Shown one piece after another: positions 54,305-64,000 of a stretch of 64,000 nucleotides of DNA. The position numbers were made by a program, and so were the translations under genes. This stretch comes from Octopus vulgaris. Its lineage: Eukaryota. The stretch is from NCBI GenBank assembly GCA_951406725.2, contig OX597820.1:81654001-81718000 (forward strand). Reading direction: 5' to 3'. A model generated the notes under the pieces. The model saw nothing but the letters and a program-made list of their open reading frames with translations, was not told the DNA's origin and did not search any database. Each line of letters starts with the position of its first letter. Within the stretch, counting starts at the first letter, position 1.

Positions 54305-54768
54305 TGTAGTATCTGAGGGTGAATATCCTTTTTCATAGCTATGTTTTGGGGTTCATCAAAACTTTGAAAATCTTCGTGGGTGTATCCTGACTTCTTGCAA
54401 TGTTTACTCGATTCAATTCGCAGGAAGTGAAATAATTCAGCTATTTTTACGAATGAAATTAAGATATTTTAGAATTTAAGATCACTATATTGTAGTTTAT
54501 ATTGTTAAAGCCTTTCTTAATAATATATTTATATTTATATTCAGCATTTCCTATTTCCTTGAATGACAATTAGAGATGAGAGCAGAAACACTTAAAGCAG
54601 CTGCTGTTTTTATATTTTTCTGTACATCAGCTGCAACTTGAGCATAGCATCTACAAAATAGACTCTTAATAGCAGATGTTCTGCGTGTGTATGTATGTGT
54701 GTGTGTACACGCGCGCGAGTACGTGTGTACATACTCCTATATGTACAGACGTAAACACACACACACAC

Positions 54769-54816
<48 letters not shown>

Positions 54817-55259
54817 TTATAAAATACATGTGGTTAGGTTAAATTTGTATAGTGATTAAAGAAAACATTTATGGAAGGAAGGACTCAGTGCATTGAAATG
54901 TGGATTAAAGTTTTTTTTTCTTTTTTGCATGCGTACATAAATGTTTTTTTATGAGAATGCATGCGTATATGTGTTCAGAACTTCTCTAGTTGAAATAGAT
55001 AATATCTGGTTATAAGCAACTGAATCAAAATCTCATAAAAAATAATCATGTGTATTATACTCAATGCAAATACATAAAGAAAAGACAAATTAACTGCAGA
55101 AATCGTCTGTTATGAACATATGGTGTTAAAAATACAACTATAATAGTAGTAGAATAAAATCGTGCAGCAGCGATGGTGAGAATGTTAGATGTGCATTTCT
55201 CTTTCGTTCGGATTTGTCAGTAGCATGAAATCACTTTTCAAAAAGAATACATTAATACT

Positions 55260-55415
55260 GGCTTCAAATTTTAGCACAAGATCAGCAAGTTCAACTGGTA
55301 CGAATTTTATCGACCCTAAAATATGAAAGGCTAAGTTGACCCCGGCAGCAATTGAACACAGAACGTAAGGACGAACGAAATGCCGCTAAGCATTTTACCC
55401 GGCGTGCTAACGACT
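55260..55415 (-). mobile_element. Degenerate SINE (family of 59474-60100)
   Basis: Reverse complement gtcgttagcacgccgggtaaaatgcttagcggcatttcg. A more decayed relative lies at about 56105-56245. Confidence 0.75.
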
Positions 55416-58400
55416 CTGAAAGTACGCCGGTTTAATGAATACACCAATATTGTTGTTAGTTCTCATAGTTTTTATTAACTTGGAACTTTTATATTTAAAT
55501 ATACACAGCAGTTGAATAAAGAGAACAACTTTCTGGGGATATTGAAAAGAATAAGTACAAGGTTTTTTTACTGTACGATATGCTACTCGTAGATAGTAAT
55601 GCAAAGAGTTCATTACTAATGAGAACAAATTAAGCGGGAAGAATGAGAACGTCTCGCCACAAAGCTGGCTGACATGGCTTCGAGTAGTAGCTGATACCGT
55701 TCTTGGCAGAATACTAAGTGAAAACACCTACTATGGAACTGAGTGACATAGTTCTATGTAAACCACAGATGTTCTATAAGGAAACTCAAACACGGTGAGA
55801 AACAAGGCTCCGTGTGGACTTCTGGATGGATCTGTTTGAGGTCCGATTCGTCAACTATTATAATGCGAAACGAAGTTTCTAGAATGTTTGACCAAACTAT
55901 TTGGCGAAGAAAATTTACGCATTTCCTTTGAAGTTTATCGCGTCAACTGTTACAAGTCAACCAATACAAATTGGTTAAATCATGTTCATAGAGGTATCTC
56001 TACCTGATTTAGAAATATCCTTATGCAGAGGTTCTGACCTTGAATTGTGAGAGAGATGATTTCGAATCTTGGTTGAAGTCTTGTAACAGTTTTTATTTTA
56101 TTTAGACACAAGGCCAGCAAATTAGAGAAGAGATGGTTAGACGATATAATAAGCCCTAGTACTTGACTAGGATTTATTTTATCGACCTCCAGGAAGATGA
56201 AAGGCAAAGATAACCCCGGTGAGAATTAATATCAGAATGTAAAGAGAAGGAAAATATATCATTGGTCAATCCATCTGACTTTCTAAAGATTCTTCTAACC
56301 CACCACACTTATGATGAGGATAGTGATATTTTCTTTATCAAGGTAAACTGGTCAAGAGATAAAATAAGACAATGGACTATAAAGAACAAGGGGTTTACAA
56401 TACATCTGGGTTGGACCAACAAAGTTATAATAAGGAAACAGAGGAAAATGCGAGGAGGTAGTAGAAGTCATGGATTAAATATTTAATGAAACATGAAATA
56501 AGTATAATATATATAACTTGTAAATTAAAATAAGTTGTATTTTTTTAAATGTAAAATTGTTACACGCCTTCACACGTATGAGAGCCCACTGACTAGGTTC
56601 GGTCGGAGTATACAACCACTCTGGTCTTCTGTCGTTCAACGAGTTCTGGTGCAAACAAAAGGTGTGTGTTAGCATGTTTTTGTATGGGATTTTAGGAATA
56701 TCCCAAAGTGTTCGAGTTCTCTTTCATTTACTTATAAACTTATATAAGGTACGTTACTAACACTGACATTTTCACTTTTAAAAGAGTATTCCGAAAATAG
56801 TTCGCATAGAATTTGAAGGATGCTTTGATATATGTCTACTGGGGTTTCGTAAACCTGTCTCTCTACTTACTGTAAAATCGCTTTTTATTGAAATTCACTT
56901 ACTTGTTAGATTTCTTTCTTTATTTATTTTTACATTCTTTGTGATGTTTTCTCTTCTTGGTCCTCCTGCACCTACTCCTGATCATGATAAGACGATGGAG
57001 CGGTGTTGTTGCTTGCTTCGTTCGGAGGGTAGATTCTTTACACTTGTTTCTAGAAATGAGCACGATGAAACCTTTTTTCGATATTTCCGAAGTTGTGACT
57101 AATGGCACTGTGAAACTGGGGCTGGCTGGTCTTGTTTCTGCCACTGCTTTCCTTTCTTTTCTTCTCGGCTTCTGTAGATTTTTACGTTCTTCGGGATAAG
57201 AATCTATTAAGTGACTTTTACTACCGCATGTATAACAACTAGGTCTTATGCTATGTTCCTTAGTCTCGTATTGTTTATCTCCCCACTTTCAACTGGGCAA
57301 AGATGTGGTATGCTCTTTATGTTTCCAGGGCTCTTTAGAACTTAAAAGCTCATCCTGACCTCTCCAGATCACATATTCTCTCAGCACATTCGCGCTGATC
57401 TACACTACTAAAATACTTGGTGATATCAAGAAAGGAAAAAGCAGAGATTTGTTAAAATGCAGAAAACGCCATCTGTTCTGCAATTTTGGATTTGAAAACT
57501 TTATAAATAATGAGGAAATACTTATCTGCGACTAGGAATATTAAAAGCGTTAATAAAATTTCGAAAGATTCCAAGAACAACAAAGCAAAAAGCTAGAAAG
57601 AACTATTTAGCAATTCATGTGGCTAAAGTGGCATGGAAGTGAAGAAAGTGTAGCTGAGAGATGGAAGCCTTAAGCAAGAAACTGAATTGCTAATTATTGC
57701 TACTCAAGAACAAACCATAAGAACAAATTTGTTAAAAACAATGTATGGAAATGAAAAATGTATGTAAAAGAAAAATATTTACCGTGCTGTCAGTGCAGTA
57801 AGATAGCACAAAAAGTGAATGTGCTAGTAAAAGAATGTGTTAGTGAAAAAATGTGTTAGTAAAAGATAGTATTTGGTTGTCAGCCAAGCTTGTGAGTTCG
57901 AAGGGACGAAAAATTGGCATGATCACTGCCAGAGGCTATGGTATACGATACAGGATTTTATGGGCTTTCTCCATAGAGACTGATCACAATATTGAGTCAG
58001 ACTAAATATGATAGTAGAATGCAGAACGAATAAACATTGTCAGATCATAGATTTTTTTCCATCTCATAATGATAGTAGAAAATGACAAAATTGAGAACTA
58101 TCAGGGCTAGCCAGAGAGTTGAAGAGACTATGGAACATAATCGTAAAGATTGTTCTTGGGGAAATTGGTCCACTCAGAAAGTGCTATCATGTATTCTGCA
58201 AAAGTCATCAAAACAATTCTTATGATTTGAGGAGACTTGGCAGCAAACCTGATAACAAATTTATTCACTAAATTTGCATGTTATTTAGCTTTTGTAAAAT
58301 AATAGCAATATAAACCACCTCAGGTTGAATGACAGATTACTTCTAGTTTAATAACATTAAAGACTTGAAAAAGGGCACTGGAAAAAGGAAACTGAATGAA

Positions 58401-58906
58401 ACCCAATAAAATCAGCAAAACCTTACCATGTTTGTATCGTGTCTTCTTTGTTTCACCTGTTATCCGTGGTTAATTTTTCTTCGTAACAGCACGCAATTTT
58501 TTTTTATCTACGATTTTTATCTACTTCTCAGTGACCCCTGCTCTACTCTTTTAGTCTCCCTTCTTTCTTTCTTTCTCTCTCTCTCGTTCTCCTCTTTCCC
58601 CGTCTCTCTTTCGCTCTTCCGTCTGTTTTTCTCATTATAGTCTATTCTCTTTTCCCACCTATTTTTTTTTTGTTCGATTCTAACCTTTCCACAATGCTTT
58701 TATGTTTTACTGATTCTCATTCTCTGACTTGCTGCCGGCTACTTCACTCTCTGTACTGTCACTTTCATTGTTCGAGGGCTATCATGCCCATGCATTTCCT
58801 CTGAACGTTACAGCTTGCACAGTCGTTTCCCGTTCCGTTTCTGATGCAAAAGTATGGAACCCATGTGCGGATCTTATCCTGCATGTTTTACTAGTTGTCT
58901 GCGCAT

Positions 58907-58954
<48 letters not shown>

Positions 58955-59027
58955 GGTATGTTGATGTAAACAAGAAAAATAGAACTCAAAATATGAGTAT
59001 ATGTATACTTTTATTAATATTTAGCAG

Positions 59028-59214
59028 AAGTAACAGAGTGACTCAAGGTCCGGGAGTTTCGTGTATTGGCACAATACCAATGTATGAAACTATCGGACCT
59101 TGAGTCACTCTGTTACTTTTACTATATGTATATATATATATACATATAGTAAAAGTAACAGAGTGACTCAAGGTCCGATTGTTTCATACATTGGTATTGT
59201 GCCAATACACGAAA
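59028..59214. repeat. Double fold-back (A-A'-A) palindrome
   Basis: AAGTAACAGAGTGACTCAAGGTCCG occurs forward, reverse, forward. Axes lie at about 59073 and in the (TA)n at about 59135. Confidence 0.95.
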
Positions 59215-59224
59215 TTGGTCCACT

Positions 59225-59284
<60 letters not shown>

Positions 59285-59473
59285 TATGTATGTATATATA
59301 TATTTATGCTTGTGCGAATGCATTTTAGCGATCAGATCACAGTTGCAGAGCAGAAATTTTTACATGTCATGAAATAAATTCAAAGTGAATTAAGCAGGTT
59401 TATGTGTTGTTAAATAGTTTGCCTTTTATTTAATCACATTACTAACATGCTGCCTAATATTTCTCCAATTTTA

Positions 59474-60100
59474 AGGTGGTGAACTGGCAGAAATTTTAGC
59501 ATGCCGGGCGGTATTTCGTCTGTCTTTATGTTCTGAGTTCAAATTCCACCGAGGTCAACTTTGCCTTTCACCCTTTCGAAGTCGACAAATTAAGTAGCAG
59601 TTGTATACTGAGATCGATCTAATCGACTAGCCACTCCCATAAAATTTCGGGCCTTGTGCCTAGAGTAGAAGAGAATATTTTTCCAGTTTTATGGCGGTGA
59701 GCTGGTAGAAACGTTAGCACGGCGGGCGAAATGCTTAGCGGTATTTCGTTTGCCGCTACGTTCTGAGTTCAAATTCTGCCGAGGTCAACTTTGCCTTTCA
59801 TCCTTTCAGGGTCGATTAAATAAGTACCAGTTACACACTGGGGTCGATATAATCGACTTAATCCGTTTGTCTGTCCTTGTTTGTCCCCTCTGTGTGTAAC
59901 CCCTTGTGGGCAGTAGAGAAATAGGTATTTCGTCTGTCTTTACGTTCTGAGTTCAAATTCCGCCGAGGTCGACTTTACCTTTCATCCTTTCGGGGTCTAT
60001 AAATTAAGTACCAGTTGCGTTCTGTGGTCAATCTAATCAACTTGCCCCCTCCCCCAAAATTTCGGGCCTTGTACCTAGAGTTGAAAAGAATATTTTTCTA
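59474..60100 (+). mobile_element. Cluster of three SINE units
   Basis: Three repeats of gttctgagttcaaattc..ccgaggtc.acttt.cctttca.cctttc, with two different tails. Confidence 0.9.
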
Positions 60101-61389
60101 GTTTTATTCCGTCCGAACATACCCTAAAGATATATTATCTCAATTCAAAATCCAACTTTAGTTGTAATGTTTTTAAGTTTTCTCATCTTCATTTCTAAAT
60201 TTTTTTCAGAGTTACTTATTTAAAAATAACTGTACCTGCGCCTGTACGTTGCCTGCGACTCCATTCTTCTTCAGGCAACGCTTCTTAGAAGCACAAAAAT
60301 AATTGTTATTGGGTAAAACTCAAAAAGCATCAAGGCTAAAATATTTTTATTTCAAAATATTAGACAATATTAAAAAAGTGAACATTATAAACTGACAAAA
60401 ATTTAATTATGTAAGAAAAGTCAATGAGGAGCTCGGAACGAAGACGGAAAATGTTAATAAAGCAGTAGTTGATGAAGCGAATAAACAAAGTCCGAAATCA
60501 TTATTGCAAATATGAAACAAAAGTAGTCTGCTCACATTCATATTCTTCAGAAATACCTTGAGCACACCGACAGTCTTCTCATTGATTAAGCCTATGAAAC
60601 CATCATGATAAACCAAGCATTGTATTGCCAGCATAAAGCATATCGATTCGGTTTCTTCCTAATTTTCTGAAAACGTATATTTATAAATGAAATTTTGGAG
60701 AGATACGTTTCGAGAGTGTAGAGTACGATGGTGTTAACAAAATAAAAATCAAGGAATTTAAGATCATTTTCCTCTCTCCATCCCCAATGTGTTTTTTCAC
60801 AACTCTCTTTAAAATACATAGTTTCAAACGACATTTTGCAGAAAAACGTTTGTTTTGAAAGTGTGGAGTCCAAATTTTTTTTAACAGAAAATTTAAGAAA
60901 ATAGCGATATTTCGGCTCGTTCACTCTCCCTACTGATCCAACTTTGCTCCCACCAATCTCCTAACATAAACAGTTTTCATTTATTCAGATTTCTCTGTTT
61001 GAAGCATTAACTTCACGTAATCCACACTCTCAAAATTGTATTTCTGCAAAATGTCATATAAAATGTCGTTGCCGAATCGAGCACTTGATGTTGAACAGTT
61101 TCGAGAAGAAACCGTTCACCCAAACGATGTTTGAAGCATTAACTTCACGTAATCCACACACTCAAAAATGTCATTTAAAATATGCATTTTCATAAGATTT
61201 ATGACGAAACACAGTCGGGAAGAGGAAAATGTTCCCAAACTTCTTCTGAAAAGGATTAGTGGTATCAACATATTCTACACTCTCTCGATGTATCGCTGCA
61301 ACATTTCATTGAAAAATATGCGTTTTAGAAATTAAGGTAGAAACAAAATGGGTAGGGTACCAATTTGTAGCTATATATAAATAGACATA

Positions 61390-61547
61390 GGCGTGGCTGT
61401 GTAGTAAGAAGCTTGCTTCCCAACCACATACTTCCGGGTTCAGCCCCACTGCGTGGCACCTTGGGCAGGTGTCTTTTACTATAGTTTCGAGCCGATTAAA
61501 TCTTTGGGAGTGGATTTGGTGGGCGGAAACTGAAAAACGCCCGTCGT
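61390..61547 (+). mobile_element. SINE 5' half (family of 7945-8286)
   Basis: GGCGTGGCTGTGTAGTAAGAAGCTTGC...GGGTTCAGCCCC...CCTTGGGCAGGTGTC. Confidence 0.85.
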
Positions 61548-61644
61548 ATATATATATATAGTTTTATATGATCCCCTTATATGCATAAACCACGCTACTA
61601 ATAGTTTCAAGAACATAGAAACCCAAGTACGTTCTTCAGGCGTG

Positions 61645-63670
61645 ATTTCTTTCTTGCCCACAAGGGTCCAAACATAGAGGAGACAATACAAATAAGGAAG
61701 AAGTCGATATACCGAATGGTTTTACACATAAAGATGACTAGAAGTTTAAAATTTTGATTAAAATGAATGATAGACAAACCAATTTCAAACACAATGAAGT
61801 GGGGACGGGCTCTGCTTCGACACCGCAAGCCCTGTGTCGCCACTGTAACATTTTAATGACCATATGGATACACTATGCGGGTTCATTCTTTCTAATGATG
61901 TTCGCAACAGCCTTCCATCTTTTCCCATATATCTCAGGCAACAGGCATTTTCTCTCCAGCTTTTTTTTCCTATTAAGGTGGAAAATAAAGAAGTTTACTA
62001 GCACAAGACTGGAGATAAACGCATTCTGCTGCCAGTTGGTGAAGACGCATGCCAGTAGGTGCCCAAACAAGTCTGGTATACTGTAATAAAGCTCGTAAGG
62101 GAGACCATCTAGCCCAGGTGACTTGTCCTCGCTACAGTCGGACACAGCTTCCTCCACCTCTGCAGCTGTTATCGGCCCTTCATAGCATTTTGCTTCCCGC
62201 CTCGTGAGACGCGGTATACCTTGAGGTCCCTCCTGCACTCCGGCCTGCCGCCCTTCCCGAAAAGCATGGCGAAGTGCTCCTGGAAGACCTTACACATCTC
62301 GGGTTCGTTTACCAAATTCCCTTGTTGATTCGTCATAGACCTTATTGTGCCATCATTTTCACGTTTGGTCTGTATCACACGGGCCCATCCGGCAGCGTTG
62401 ATTCTCTCTCGTCCCATTGCACGTTGCTTAGCCCTGACTATATATCCTTCGTGTTTAGCTCGAGGTGTTGATTAAGAGCCAATCTCGCAGCTAAAACTCG
62501 GGGTGCAGAGCCAGAGTGCAATGCTTTATTTAGGGACCTAACTGAATCCCTTTATACTCTATTTTTCTTAACCACTAATTCTTTGCTGTATCTAATAGAC
62601 TAAAATTTTATAGCTCTTTTGAAGGCATACCACCATTTGTTGTTTTAATGATGGCTCCAGACAATGCCCTCAACACTAACCTAATCCGACTCCTGTACTA
62701 CTCATGAATCAAAAGAGACTTATTGAGTTTCCAGTAGCCGGATCCCTGTCTATGTAACTTATCTAAGTCCAGCCTACAGGTCACAAATTTGTGATCAGTG
62801 TAGCTGACGTGGTAAAATTGTGGACGTCTAACTAGGTTTTTATCTTTCTGCCTAATTATAATCCTATCTAAATAAGATCTAGATGACCCATCACTATTAG
62901 TCCGTGTCCGCAATGGAGCGTCTGAAACATCTAGTCTGTACCTATCTGCCAGCTGAAACCAACTGAGCACAGTTCCATCCCCCTCCCTGCAATCGTGTAC
63001 GAGCCAACGTAATTTACTCGTGCATCGCAGAATGTGTAAAGTCACCTAGCATCACTATAGTTTTAGATGTTCCTAGAAATTTCTCTAGGCCTCGAAAAAA
63101 GTCAGTCTGTCCAGCTCCCGAGGGAGAGTAGACAGCTACCAGCCTCAAGACCTTACCACTGCTGGTAGTCACTCAAGGACGATCAACTTGTCTTCCGGGT
63201 CGATAAAGATTGTTTTTGTCTCTAAATCCAAACTTTTCCTGAGCAGCACAGCGACACCTCTCCCTCCTTCAGGTAGGCATGAAGAAATAAATTTCTAATA
63301 ACCATTTAGGAATGGGGTAAAGTCTCTCTGACTACTCAGTTTGGACTCTGTGGCAGTTACAATATCCATACTATGTGACCTGAAGTCATTAAGGAAGCGA
63401 CCTTGTTTCCAATTTGATTCCAAGTCGCAAACATCCAAGCACCCTACATTTAGTGTATCCATAAACGGTCCTACTTACGGGTTGAGATGGAGGATAGTTA
63501 TTTTATCCATCAAGCCCGTATTTATGGCTGCCACCAGCCAAGCAGGGTCTACCTCGTGTGGTATATCTCCTACCTTAATCTTGGAAGTCCACTTTCGAAG
63601 ATAAGTTGGTACGTGTAGCACCTCAGCTGTTTTGAGAGTTTCCGTGTAAATTGGTGCGCAATATAGCTAC
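61645..63670 (-). mobile_element. L1/Tx1-clade LINE, decayed, RT domain deleted
   Basis: APE motifs SYLDRI, YTDHKFV, GYWKLNKSLL. SPGLDGLPYELY is joined directly to the C-terminal KRW motif. 3'UTR ends CCCTTGTGGGCAAGAAGAAAT. ORF1 remnant at 63470-63670. Confidence 0.85.
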
Positions 63671-63715
63671 CATCATTTATAATTCTGCTTGTTATTGCGT
63701 TACTTAGCCCATCGG

Positions 63716-63990
63716 TAACGCTTTCACGTGATTAGAGAAAAAGAGGGAGAAAGGAAAAGAAGGAAGGAGAAAAGAGGGAGAGAAAAGCGTCCATGACTTG
63801 AGGTATAGGGAATGTAATTGTAACGCTTTCACGTGATTAGTTGACGGGAAAGAGAGGTGAAAGATAAAGGAGAGAGAAAAAGAGGATCAGGCGAAGAGTG
63901 AGACAGAAAGTGGAAAAAAAATGGGAGAGAAAAAGACGGATAGCGAAAAAGAGGTAGAGAGAAGCGTCCATGACGTGAGGCAGGGGAATA
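63716..63990. repeat. Two tandem purine-rich monomers upstream of the Tx1 element
   Basis: GTAACGCTTTCACGTGATTAG ... AAGCGTCCATGAC.TGAGG occurs twice. Confidence 0.85.
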
Positions 63991-64000
63991 ACAATAATTT

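Noticed and set aside
57540-58250. LKQETELLIIATQEQTIRTN R4-like remnant
   Set aside because: Probably a real R4-type fragment, but too decayed to delimit reliably.
60120-61330. Possible piggyBac-like remnant with ~45-bp direct repeat (about 60997 and 61128)
   Set aside because: No TTAA/TIR pair or catalytic motif could be identified.

Overview
AT-rich, microsatellite-dense eukaryotic DNA with no intact protein-coding gene. The SINE repertoire and repeat style point to an octopus or other coleoid cephalopod (inference). The window is a mosaic of decayed mobile elements: Penelope-like elements (PLEs, RT plus GIY-YIG), L1/Tx1, CR1/L2, RTE, R4 and HERO-like LINE fragments, two Helitrons, several Tc1/mariner remnants, and many tRNA-derived SINEs. 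It also holds a near-identical 1.4 kb tandem duplication. Most ORF-track entries are microsatellite translations. The most interesting signal is non-coding. About a dozen minimal or degenerate hammerhead-ribozyme (HHR) motifs lie in or near PLE terminal sequences, some with unusual cores (an A3-U8 swap, 8-nt cores, 70-85 nt stem II). Several long fold-back palindromes have their symmetry axis about 10 nt upstream of an HHR GAAA, suggesting the ribozyme stem II hairpin seeds inverted duplications. All family assignments come from motif recognition by eye, not database searches. Element boundaries are approximate unless termini are quoted.
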